Below, one piece after another: positions 1-8,587 of a DNA stretch of 33,411 nucleotides. The notes beneath the pieces are model-generated. The model saw only the letters and a program-made list of their open reading frames with translations, had not been told where the DNA came from and searched no databases. Source of the stretch: a virus (Duplodnaviria; Heunggongvirae; Uroviricota; Caudoviricetes); IMG/VR virus record IMGVR_UViG_3300036670_000258, positions 1-33,411 of that record; one strand, given 5' to 3'. The position numbers were made by a program, and so were the translations under genes. Within the stretch, counting starts at the first letter, position 1. Each line of letters starts with the position of its first letter.

Positions 1-80
1 TTGTCTTCATCAAATTCTATTCTTTGAATCTTATTTCCATATGATGCAAAGTTTTTTAGTTCAATGCTTTGTATTTTCAT
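1..80 (-). CDS. gp46: Recombination ATPase gp46 (SbcC/Rad50-like), N-terminal fragment running off the window
   Basis: Manually translated MKIQSIELKNFASYGNKIQRIEFDED (SMC-type 'i.lkNF.SyG' start); lies directly downstream of the gp47-like gene. Not in the ORF track. Confidence 0.85.
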   Translation of the reverse strand, partial: MKIQSIELKNFASYGNKIQRIEFDED

Positions 81-83
81 AGT

Positions 84-1196
84 TTAATCTGTTTGATTAT
101 TATATGCATGAAAGTCATGAAGTTTCTTTAATCTATCCTTTATTTGTAATTTGACTGCATTATCATGTTGTAAATTATCAACATACATATTACATAAATG
201 AAGAATGTTATAATTTTTATAAAGATCTTCAATTTGCTCCATATCTAGAAGATCTTCATCAATAAAAGTATCTTGTTCATATATGTTTGGATCTATTTTT
301 CTGCTAATTTTTTGTACTTTATTAATAAGACGTGAAAGTGCAGATGTTGTTGCAACATTAGAAGGAACATATAGATCTACATAGTTGTTTCTGATGGCAT
401 CTTTAAAGGTTCCTAGAGGCATATTATACACTTGTGTTAAATAAAATTTAACAAACTTTGGTGATATAGTATTTTCAAAAAACGTTTCTTGCATGTCCTC
501 TAAATTAACCAAATCAAAACCTTTAGTATTATCCATATCCGATCTAGTTAGTTCGTATGGAGTGCCAACCATTCTAAGTTTGCCTCTTCTTTGTCTATAA
601 TGGATGTGTCCTGAAAAAACTGCAGTAAATCTATCATATGATTCAGAGTCAACACCATGTTGATTATCTACCTTTCTGTTTAGTTTAATACCTCTAACCT
701 CAGAATGACAAAATAGTATTTCGGCGGTTGGATATTCCTTAAGAGTTTCAACCTCATGTTGAGTGTCTCTTCTCCATGGCATTAAAAGAACTTCTTTACC
801 ACCCCAATTAAATGTTTTTGGTTCTTTATAAATAGAAACGTTAGGAATCCACTTTAAGATATCAATAGAACTTACTTCATTGCTTTTCTTTGCCCATATA
901 TCATGATTACCTGCAATAGCATATGTTGGCATTATTTTACCTAATCTTTCAAATAGGTCTATTACATAATGTAAAACTTTAATATTTACACTTTGTCTGT
1001 TGTCGAATATATCACCTACTTGAACTAGAATATCTCCATCTTTAAAATTTTCTAGAAGAGTAGGAATGAATTGATTATCATAAAAATCCCTTTGCATTTC
1101 TAGCCATTCTAATGAGCTTGAACGAACACCTAAATGCATATCTCCTAAAATCCAAATTCTTTTTACAGGTTTGTCTAATATTGCTTGCTCTATCAT
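84..1196 (-). CDS. gp47: Recombination nuclease gp47 (SbcD/Mre11-like metallophosphoesterase)
   Basis: Motifs GDMHLG, GDIFD, GNHD, SGHIH; adjacent to gp46. Confidence 0.92.
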   Translation of the reverse strand: MIEQAILDKPVKRIWILGDMHLGVRSSSLEWLEMQRDFYDNQFIPTLLENFKDGDILVQVGDIFDNRQSVNIKVLHYVIDLFERLGKIMPTYAIAGNHDIWAKKSNEVSSIDILKWIPNVSIYKEPKTFNWGGKEVLLMPWRRDTQHEVETLKEYPTAEILFCHSEVRGIKLNRKVDNQHGVDSESYDRFTAVFSGHIHYRQRRGKLRMVGTPYELTRSDMDNTKGFDLVNLEDMQETFFENTISPKFVKFYLTQVYNMPLGTFKDAIRNNYVDLYVPSNVATTSALSRLINKVQKISRKIDPNIYEQDTFIDEDLLDMEQIEDLYKNYNILHLCNMYVDNLQHDNAVKLQIKDRLKKLHDFHAYNNQTD

Positions 1197-1199
1197 TGT

Positions 1200-1640
1200 T
1201 TAGAATAATCTATTTATATTCTTTTTCTTTAGTACATTTGTTTTTCTATCCAGTACCTCTATTAATTCTTCTTTAAATTTATTGCCAAGTGACTGATAAA
1301 ATTTTGTTGGATTTACATTAAAATAATCACATGTTTCTGAATATATTTCAATAATTGAATGATTAGGTCTAAGCTCATCTGAAATATACTCATAAATTTC
1401 ATTTATTTCTATTTTTTTTAATTTAATAGTTTGATTAAATTCATTGATATTATTAAAATGTTTAAACCTAGAAGATTCTATTAGTTCGTGAATTTTTGCA
1501 ATAATTATTTTATTTTCTATTTTGTCTTCCTCGTCTCGGTTATCGGTATGACTAGGGGCTATATTAAATGAAAAGGTAGGATCTATTTCAAAACTACTTT
1601 CTTCAAATGTATTATCGAATATTTTATCTCTCTCTTTCAT
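1200..1640 (-). CDS. Hypothetical protein; C-terminal half loosely resembles the T4 gp33 late-transcription co-activator
   Basis: 146-aa ORF packed between gp41 and gp47. The pattern IIEIYSETCDYFNVNPTKFYQSLGNKFKEEL...NVL and the terminal NRLF recall gp33, but the similarity is weak and by eye only. Confidence 0.6.
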   Translation of the reverse strand: MKERDKIFDNTFEESSFEIDPTFSFNIAPSHTDNRDEEDKIENKIIIAKIHELIESSRFKHFNNINEFNQTIKLKKIEINEIYEYISDELRPNHSIIEIYSETCDYFNVNPTKFYQSLGNKFKEELIEVLDRKTNVLKKKNINRLF

Positions 1641-1642
1641 AT

Positions 1643-2956
1643 TTATAAATTATGTATATTTGAATTTGTAACATCTTCGGTTTCAGTAAGACGCATATAT
1701 TGATAGTTTATATTTAATCTACATTTTACTCCTTTACCTTCACCATCTCTAATCTTTAAAACCTTAAGCCAGTATTCACTACTTGCACGCATCATATCAT
1801 CTTGAATAATTCCAAGCATTAAATCTGCAGTATGTGAAAGTCCTGCGGATTCTGCGACATCACCCATTCCAATATCACTAGAATTATAATTGTTTCTGTT
1901 AATCTGAGTTGCAGTTACTATTAGCCAGCCGTTCCTAACTCCCATAGCTCTTAAATCTTCTGCAATTTGCTTAATTTTTAAGTACATATTCTCAGAGTTT
2001 GGATTTCTGTAATTCGCTAAAATATTAATATAGTCAATAACTACACAGCTTAGTTTTATTTTTCTTTCTTCTTCAATTTGCTTTAAGTATGCTTCAATAT
2101 CAGGTACAGTTGCTTGCGATGTTGGAAATTGTTTAACAAATAATTGGCCAGGTGGTGTTAATCCATTTCCTACGTTTTCTAACTTTCTTTTAATTAAATC
2201 TTTATTTTGTGCTTTAATATCATATTCACTCATTGGAATGGTTAACAAATTTGCTCCTATTCTTTTAAGAACTTTATGTGCTGCCATCTCAGCTGAAACA
2301 AACGCAGTGTTAACTCCCATCTTAACAAAATTTGCGGCGTCATTTGCAAGATAAATCGACTTTCCAATATTCTGCTCTCCTACATAAACTACTAAAGATC
2401 CATCTTTATCATATCCGCCAGTGAGTAGTCTATCTAAGAAATTATATCCAGTTGAAACCTTTACTCTTCCTTCTTGATAGTGATCGTCAACATTAAAGAA
2501 ATCTAATCCAATATCCGAATTAAATACAATAGAGTTCCTGTCATTAATTAGGCTCTTTACTTTAGATATAATTTGATCTGCATTTTCAGGAGTAACTTCA
2601 GTCGTCTTGATATATTCAATGGTATCGATTAAAGTGGTATCGAACGTTCTCCATTTAATCCATGCTTCAGCAGTCGATACAAGCCACTCTTCATCATATT
2701 GAGTTAGGTCTGTCTTATATACTAATTCAATTATTGATTCTTCTACTTTACCTTTGAATTTAGGACTTTGAACTAAAATCTTCATCTGTTCAGCCTTTGG
2801 CGATTCATGGAATTTTTCGTAGAATTTAGTTGCTAAAAAATGCATAGTATCTATTTCATCTGAAGTATAGAATCCTTTATGTATTTTTTCTAAGTATTTT
2901 GGTTTTGCCAATGCCAACTGAAAGAATATTTTTTCAAAATCTTGTCCGAATTTCAT
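1643..2956 (-). CDS. gp41: Replicative DnaB-like helicase gp41 (uninterrupted)
   Basis: Walker A GEQNIGKS, SAEM, VVIDYINI, IKQIAEDLRA, ATQINR, AESAGLSHTAD, LKIRDG. Confidence 0.93.
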   Translation of the reverse strand: MKFGQDFEKIFFQLALAKPKYLEKIHKGFYTSDEIDTMHFLATKFYEKFHESPKAEQMKILVQSPKFKGKVEESIIELVYKTDLTQYDEEWLVSTAEAWIKWRTFDTTLIDTIEYIKTTEVTPENADQIISKVKSLINDRNSIVFNSDIGLDFFNVDDHYQEGRVKVSTGYNFLDRLLTGGYDKDGSLVVYVGEQNIGKSIYLANDAANFVKMGVNTAFVSAEMAAHKVLKRIGANLLTIPMSEYDIKAQNKDLIKRKLENVGNGLTPPGQLFVKQFPTSQATVPDIEAYLKQIEEERKIKLSCVVIDYINILANYRNPNSENMYLKIKQIAEDLRAMGVRNGWLIVTATQINRNNYNSSDIGMGDVAESAGLSHTADLMLGIIQDDMMRASSEYWLKVLKIRDGEGKGVKCRLNINYQYMRLTETEDVTNSNIHNL

Positions 2957-2972
2957 TTGTTATTTGTTTTTA

Positions 2973-3001
2973 ATTATAAGGTATTATTGGACTAAGTTTC
3001 A
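2973..3001 (-). promoter_or_regulatory. Putative phage promoter TGAAAC-N17-TATAAT upstream of gp41
   Basis: Exact match; the same spacing recurs at 8068, 19526 and 19819. Confidence 0.7.
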
Positions 3002-3055
3002 TTATATTTGAATGTTCATTGCTAGTGAACATCATTAAATATTGAACACTGTGTC

Positions 3056-3367
3056 TTATTGAAATGGATTAATCAATATAGTGTATGATTCCTTTCCTTC
3101 TTCAAACTTAGTTTGCTCTATTAATCCAAGCGAGATTGCTTGAGTTAACCCTTTATCAACATTAAAAATATTTCCTTTAGCATGATATTTAATTAATGAA
3201 GGTTTAGTAAAATTATGCATTGGTCTACTTGGACGGTTTATTGTTTCAGACAAATAAATGTAAATTATATCAAAGGCATCGGGGAAGTTTTCAAGTTCCC
3301 CCTGTATGCCTAATATATATTTTATAGGTAGTTTATCTTCATTATATGACATGAGATTAGCTTCCAT
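3056..3367 (-). CDS. Hypothetical protein, possible winged-helix fold
   Basis: 103 aa; C-terminal GLTQAISLGLIEQ...ESYTIL looks like a wHTH recognition helix plus wing. Confidence 0.6.
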   Translation of the reverse strand: MEANLMSYNEDKLPIKYILGIQGELENFPDAFDIIYIYLSETINRPSRPMHNFTKPSLIKYHAKGNIFNVDKGLTQAISLGLIEQTKFEEGKESYTILINPFQ

Positions 3368-3368
3368 C

Positions 3369-3941
3369 TTATTCGTTTGTTAAATCTTCATCAAGTAAAG
3401 CTCCGATTTCGTTATCTATATTATCACTTTCTGTGTTGTAGTTAAAAAGAGGCTTAATGTGAATATTTATTTTTTCTAAGATTTCCTTTGTAAATACCTT
3501 TTCGCTGAAAAACTCAGAGTTAGTAACTACCTCATCTAAATGTTGACAAATCCATCCACGCGCCGTTGCCTTTGGTGTCTTAACTCCTTTTTCTATAGAG
3601 CCTCTTGTAATTCCACAGATATCCCATGTTGCATATTGCTCTAAACCAACATAAGGATTCATACCTTTAGTAAAATCTAAGTGAAACTTAATAGGATGTG
3701 GTTTAGCAAATCTATTTTTGTCTGGTTTTGCAGTTACAATAATACCAACCTTTTCAGTGCCATCCTTTAATTGTGCTTTAGTTAACATAAGAACAATAGA
3801 AGCGGCATACTCCGGACCTGTATTGTGATGTATTACTCCATTTTCAGTAATATAATGTTGAACATCTCTTACTGTTAAATCATGTACTTTAGTAGATTTT
3901 AACTCGGTTACACTCTTTATTTTTAATTTGTTTAATTGCAT
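3369..3941 (-). CDS. uvsX: UvsX/RecA-like recombinase C-terminal half with N-terminal split-intein IntC (40 aa, 3822-3941)
   Basis: IntC ...VHDLTVRDVQHYITENGVIHHN followed by +1 Thr (TGPEYAAS); later KNRF motif. Joining with the N-half restores GGGTGPEY. Confidence 0.92.
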   Translation of the reverse strand: MQLNKLKIKSVTELKSTKVHDLTVRDVQHYITENGVIHHNTGPEYAASIVLMLTKAQLKDGTEKVGIIVTAKPDKNRFAKPHPIKFHLDFTKGMNPYVGLEQYATWDICGITRGSIEKGVKTPKATARGWICQHLDEVVTNSEFFSEKVFTKEILEKINIHIKPLFNYNTESDNIDNEIGALLDEDLTNE

Positions 3942-4881
3942 CTTTTATTAATTTTATTGTTTTTGTATTATTCTTGTATGAATTGTCACTTACTCTAATA
4001 ATTCCAGTAATATCATTTCTAAATTCTAGACATATTCTGTCCTTTATTTCATCGTATATTTGATTGTGCCAATATAACCCATCATATTCTATAAGAATTA
4101 ATGAATCCTCGTCTTTAAAATAGCCATCATATTTTATTATACCTTGATTTAACTCTTCAGATTTCTGTATGTTAACTATAAATTCAGTATGTTTTATATT
4201 ATCAATAGATTTTACGATATTATTGAAAAATACAACTTCCTCCTTAGACACGCTTCCGAAAAAAGATGCAAATTTTTCTGGATTATTTTTTATAAAGTTA
4301 CTTTGTTTTTTAGATATTATTGCTTTAATAGTATCGTATTCACTTTCACTAGACCAGAATTCTCTGCAACCATAATTCCTTTTATGTGCCTCGTATTTTG
4401 CTTCTTCTTCAGAAAAACCTATGTTTTTCCAATATTCGATAGACCATACTGACTGTCTACTAATTTCATGTTTATCATATTTAGTATATCGCAAGTTGGA
4501 TCTTCTAGATTGTTCATTAGCTACCATTAAAGTTGCTTCAATCTGATTATACCCTTTATCCGTCCAATGTGAATTACATACATTACTGTTTTTTCTTTGT
4601 AATTCACTTATTTTTAAGGTAGCGTATTCATTATCATATCCCCTGGAATTCCAATATGATGTGCTTAATTTAGAAACTGCTTTACCATTCCTTTTCTGTT
4701 TAAAAAATTTTTGACATTCTAATTTAAATCCACATACTCCTTTTATTTCATTAGAATAAACGAAACTAAACATCTCTAAAAAATGTTCTTCGTTATTGAT
4801 ATTCATGTCATTATAATGAGTATTTAAAAGTTTCTTAAATTCATCATATGTTGGATTAATATATTTCTTAAGTACTGGCAT
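3889..4881 (-). mobile_element. Free-standing homing endonuclease, Vsr-like/EDxHD (PD-(D/E)xK-related) type, between the uvsX halves
   Basis: Three yWxxxGyxxxeA repeats, then SKEE...YDGY...IEYDGLYWH...DEIKD...IIRV. ATG at 4881 preferred over the track's GTG at 4932; 3' end overlaps the IntC start by 53 nt. Confidence 0.82.
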
Positions 4882-4882
4882 T

Positions 4883-4972
4883 TTTAGTAGTTTCAATTTT
4901 TTGTTAGATAATAGGTGGCTGTTAACCACCACCTGTTATATATATCTAGACACTTCATTGTTTTTTACTAAA
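4883..4972 (-). promoter_or_regulatory. GATATATA promoter (4939-4946) embedded in a long imperfect hairpin reaching the endonuclease start
   Basis: Minus-strand pairings TTTAGTA/TACTAAA, CAAT/ATTG, TAGATA/TATCTA, AGGTGG/CCACCT. Confidence 0.5.
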
Positions 4973-5892
4973 TCTCTTGCTAATATCCAATTATTGTCAT
5001 CTAATGGATCGTCTTCAACATTACCTGTAAAAAATCTATGATCTTCAGAACATTCTATGATCGTATTATCTTCAAATTCTATTCGGTATGTTTTCTTTTC
5101 AAACGTCCATGTGTTTTCTATTTCCATACCTCCATTTAATGTAAGAACTGAATCACCTTCTACTATATCTTCTATGTTCTTTAGGGTGTTATCGAACATT
5201 CTCACTTTAGATCCTGGAACTAAACAACCTCCACCTGCAACTTGTCTTGAAATAAAGTCTTGTGTTTGGTATGTGTGGTTAGTAAACAAAAATGGAATTT
5301 TTAAATCAGCAAGTGGAGTCATTATGATTCTAAAAATAGATTTTAAAATCTTGGATCTAGTCATATCCGCCTTTTCACTTCCACTAGTTGCATCGTCAAT
5401 TTCCTTTGCAGTCGCTAGATTACCTGCAGAATCAAGAATAATCATGATTTTTTGCACGTCTCCTCCCTTTCTTTTAACCTCTTGCATTTTTTGAGTAATA
5501 GTAGTAATCGAAGTTCTGAACGCCTGTACTGTATTTACTGGCTGATAATTTACTTTACTAATATCAATACCAAACTTTTTCATTTGGTCTTTATCTACTG
5601 CAGCTTCTGAATCATAATAAATAACATAATATCCCATGTTAATTGCTTCTCGGACTGAATTTAATGTAAGAAAGGTCTTTCCTGTACCAGATGGTCCTGC
5701 AATAGAACATGATCTGTTATTAGGCCATCCGCCCCATACTGAACCAGATAGGCATGCATTTAAATGATAATTCCCGGTGTGGATCCATTCTGTTACTTCA
5801 GAAAAGTTCGATTGGTCCATCACAGAACCTAAAGGATTTAATCCTGCTAGTTCTGCGTTTAAGTCATCGAATGTAAATTTATTTTTTGCCAT
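4936..5892 (-). CDS. uvsX: UvsX/RecA-like recombinase N-terminal half (222 aa) fused to split-intein IntN (96 aa, 4939-5226)
   Basis: Walker A GPSGTGKT, YYDSE, ILDSAG, ADMTR, TNHTY; then intein block A CLVPGSKV and block B CSEDH, then a stop. Confidence 0.93.
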   Translation of the reverse strand: MAKNKFTFDDLNAELAGLNPLGSVMDQSNFSEVTEWIHTGNYHLNACLSGSVWGGWPNNRSCSIAGPSGTGKTFLTLNSVREAINMGYYVIYYDSEAAVDKDQMKKFGIDISKVNYQPVNTVQAFRTSITTITQKMQEVKRKGGDVQKIMIILDSAGNLATAKEIDDATSGSEKADMTRSKILKSIFRIIMTPLADLKIPFLFTNHTYQTQDFISRQVAGGGCLVPGSKVRMFDNTLKNIEDIVEGDSVLTLNGGMEIENTWTFEKKTYRIEFEDNTIIECSEDHRFFTGNVEDDPLDDNNWILARDLVKNNEVSRYI

Positions 5893-5905
5893 ATATTTTA
5901 TTTTT

Positions 5906-6070
5906 TTAATATTCTGTTCTTAATTCTTCAAGCTCTTTCATGAGTGATTGTGCCTCATCTTGTATTGCCTGCATTTTAGTTTGAAGACTTTCAAGTTTTT
6001 TAGTAATGCTTTGATATTTTTTTACTATCTCGTATTGTTCTTCGGTTAAATTGTTACTGTCTATTTCCAT
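5906..6070 (-). CDS. Small coiled-coil protein (54 aa), missed by the ORF track
   Basis: MEIDSNNLTEEQYEIVKKYQSITKKLESLQTKMQAIQDEAQSLMKELEELRTEY; starts 2 nt after the polymerase stop and fills the gap to uvsX; heptad pattern. Confidence 0.7.
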   Translation of the reverse strand: MEIDSNNLTEEQYEIVKKYQSITKKLESLQTKMQAIQDEAQSLMKELEELRTEY

Positions 6071-6072
6071 GT

Positions 6073-7269
6073 TTAAAATAATGATGTTGAATAAATTAAA
6101 TTTCTGTTTAGTGTATGTAATCCAACAGCCGAAAGAACTCGATTTAATGGATCAATTACACTTTTTTCAAATTGTAGTTCATAATCCACAGGTGGAGCAA
6201 TTTCATACGGATGAGCACCTGGCTGATACGCAAATATTTCACATGTAGTATGTTTACAATGATACAGTCTAAGCTTCTCACCATTACCAATCATTTTGTA
6301 CTTGTTCTTATATTTTGGATTGTTATTCATTAAAAAATTATAAAATCCTGCTGCCTTGACATTAGAAGGACATTTTAAGCCATATTGAAACTCAGTAGTG
6401 TCATCTAAAATATACTTATCAATATTATTTGTTCTTTTGTTAAAACATATTTCATCTATATTTGCAAGTTGAAATTCTTTTTTACATTGTTTTAAGTAAT
6501 CTACTAATCTTTTTAGGAGAGAAGCTGTTGGCTTTTCTGAAAGAATGAGTTTAAGAGCTTCAGTTAAATGCTTTCTTGCGATCGCAGGTGTTGAGCTTTG
6601 AATAGTATCGAATCCTATTGTTTTAATCTTTTTAAGAGAAGGATATCTGTCATCGGCTGATAATCGATCTTCCCATGCTATGTTTTGAAGATATTTCTTC
6701 TTAGCTAACCATATTCCGGAATACGCGATTGTTTCTAGTTCGAATACAAGAAAGTTTTCGGTATTAGTTGCCTCAGAATACTTTTCCATACACTTAAAAA
6801 TATAATCTTTAAGTCTAAAGTTATACAACTCCATAATAAACTTGTCGATTGACATTGAATCGCCATTCCACTCAATAGATTCGTACATTTCTTCAAATTG
6901 AACATATGCCGAATCGGTATCGATGTAAACAACAGATGGTCTTACTAATTTATTTTTAATGGAGATATTAAAATGAGAATGAACTTGCCTATCTTTAAGC
7001 CAAAATTCATGAAAATACTTATTAAGAATTTTTTCTGAATATAAAATAGCAGATTGACCCTGTAAAGTAATTGATTCTGCAATGTCTATGTTAAAAAAGT
7101 GAAACCATTTATTACCGAATGCACCATATATTGAGTTAAGCATTACCTTAACTGCTTGTTCATATGCCGTATATTTAGCTGACATCATTGAATAATGTTC
7201 AACCAATATTTTAATCTCCTCTTGTGTTAGATTTTCTTCTGGTTTTAGTATTAATTCATCTATTGTCAT
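6073..7269 (-). CDS. gp43: Family-B DNA polymerase, C-terminal subunit (gp43B-like: fingers helix, palm, thumb)
   Basis: Motif B KVMLNSIYG, ITLQGQ, motif C YIDTDS, AKKKY, SSTP; no intein. Confidence 0.92.
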   Translation of the reverse strand: MTIDELILKPEENLTQEEIKILVEHYSMMSAKYTAYEQAVKVMLNSIYGAFGNKWFHFFNIDIAESITLQGQSAILYSEKILNKYFHEFWLKDRQVHSHFNISIKNKLVRPSVVYIDTDSAYVQFEEMYESIEWNGDSMSIDKFIMELYNFRLKDYIFKCMEKYSEATNTENFLVFELETIAYSGIWLAKKKYLQNIAWEDRLSADDRYPSLKKIKTIGFDTIQSSTPAIARKHLTEALKLILSEKPTASLLKRLVDYLKQCKKEFQLANIDEICFNKRTNNIDKYILDDTTEFQYGLKCPSNVKAAGFYNFLMNNNPKYKNKYKMIGNGEKLRLYHCKHTTCEIFAYQPGAHPYEIAPPVDYELQFEKSVIDPLNRVLSAVGLHTLNRNLIYSTSLF

Positions 7270-7271
7270 AT

Positions 7272-8036
7272 TTATTCAGCAGTTTGGCAAGTAGCGATTG
7301 TTAAAAGAGTTTCTGAATCCTTTGATCGGAGTACAACACGATTGTCTAATACGTTTGCAGTATAATCTTCTTTGTCTAAAAGATTTAAATACTTTTTAAA
7401 TAAAGTTACGTCCTTGGTATTGGTTCCTTTAAATTCTTCAGTTACTAAATAATTATAATTCTTACCTTTCATTCTGATACCTGCATTGCTTGTTGTAATC
7501 TTAAATGTTTCTTCTTTGTCTAATCCAAATAATGAACGTACCTTTGATGTTGCAGTGTAATCCATATCGAAAGAATATTTGGCTTCATCTATGTTAAATA
7601 TTGCTGTAATTTGAGAATCTGTAAGATCTTTATATCCAAGAGATGGCTCTGAACATGATAACGTTATTTCTAATTCATTATTAAAGATACGAAACTCAGT
7701 TGCTACAAAATCTTCTTCATTTTCAACAAATTCTATTTCTGCCTGTATGTTGCCGAATTCAAATTGCTTAAACGCATCAGTCAATCGGTTTGCATCAAAG
7801 AAAGCAATTTTTAATTCTTTAGTATTATTAACATTATTTATTGCGTCTTCTTCTAACTGAAAGACTTGACCAATAGGTAACCTATGGTGCTTTACTGCAT
7901 CTCTTTGTGGTAAATAGGCAGATGCCTGGATTACTCCATCTTTGATTTTAAAATAAATAAAGGTATCAATAACCTTTAGTCGATTAACAAAACCAATAAA
8001 ATTGTTTTGATCTACTTTTTCAATGCTAATTTTCAT
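7272..8036 (-). CDS. Putative DNA sliding clamp (gp45/PCNA-like)
   Basis: 254 aa, acidic, two-domain beta-alpha-beta-rich pattern, co-transcribed with the polymerase C-subunit; no diagnostic motif. Confidence 0.5.
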   Translation of the reverse strand: MKISIEKVDQNNFIGFVNRLKVIDTFIYFKIKDGVIQASAYLPQRDAVKHHRLPIGQVFQLEEDAINNVNNTKELKIAFFDANRLTDAFKQFEFGNIQAEIEFVENEEDFVATEFRIFNNELEITLSCSEPSLGYKDLTDSQITAIFNIDEAKYSFDMDYTATSKVRSLFGLDKEETFKITTSNAGIRMKGKNYNYLVTEEFKGTNTKDVTLFKKYLNLLDKEDYTANVLDNRVVLRSKDSETLLTIATCQTAE

Positions 8037-8067
8037 GTTGTCTATTTATAAGTAATATTATTTAAGT

Positions 8068-8096
8068 ATTATAAACATAATTAGCGTTTTGTTTCA
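8068..8096 (-). promoter_or_regulatory. Putative promoter TGAAAC-N17-TATAAT for the clamp/polymerase B/uvsX unit
   Basis: Exact consensus match directly after a terminator. Confidence 0.7.
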
Positions 8097-8099
8097 CAT

Positions 8100-8126
8100 A
8101 AAAAAACCTGCTATTTCTAGCAGGTT
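8100..8126 (-). terminator. Intrinsic terminator
   Basis: AACCTGCTA-GAAA-TAGCAGGTT followed by a T-tract on the minus strand. Confidence 0.85.
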
Positions 8127-8211
8127 AAAACTCTTTCAAGTAGGTCCTCCGATTCTATCATGAGGAGAGGAATCATTTTTAATAAAATATTTATCAGCTA
8201 AATTAGTTTCA

Positions 8212-8568
8212 CTATGATACTGATATTATTTTAAATACTACTACAAAATTACTATCTTTAGGCCATGGCCTGTAATCATCATATGAATCTATAATTTCAA
8301 TTTCAATATTTTTAGATTGCAGGCTACTTTGTAATTTTTTTGCTACAGATTCTGGCGAATTTCCATGTCGATAAAAATACCCATGACGACCTTCGATTGT
8401 ACCATTCTTTTTAAATGTTAATTTGTCGATTCCTGTTACAACTTCTTCAAAAGCAGACTTTAATGCTTTTTTTTCAGCTGGTGAAGTGATTTTATCCACA
8501 GAAACATCACCGGCCTCATTTATTTTAGTAGTTGATGTAAATTGTTCGAATAATTTAATGAATTTCAT
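8212..8568 (-). CDS. Putative head-internal protein with capsid-targeting-like N-terminus
   Basis: Starts MKFIKLFEQF...KINEA (compare T4 CTS MKTYQEFIAE and I/L-x-E gp21 cleavage sites). Confidence 0.65.
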   Translation of the reverse strand: MKFIKLFEQFTSTTKINEAGDVSVDKITSPAEKKALKSAFEEVVTGIDKLTFKKNGTIEGRHGYFYRHGNSPESVAKKLQSSLQSKNIEIEIIDSYDDYRPWPKDSNFVVVFKIISVS

Positions 8569-8587
8569 AATTGTTTTCTTTATATAT

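Noticed and set aside
4882-4932. GTG start at 4932 for the uvsX endonuclease (and ATG 32183 for the 91-aa ORF)
   Set aside because: These starts are too close to, or upstream of, the GATATATA box; downstream ATGs (4881, 32126) have typical A-rich leaders.
6735-6932. 65-aa minus-strand ORF inside polymerase B
   Set aside because: Alternative frame overlapping catalytic motif C; no independent support.
8183-8211. TGAAAC at 8206-8211 as another middle-class promoter
   Set aside because: No TATAAT-like hexamer at the 17-nt spacing.
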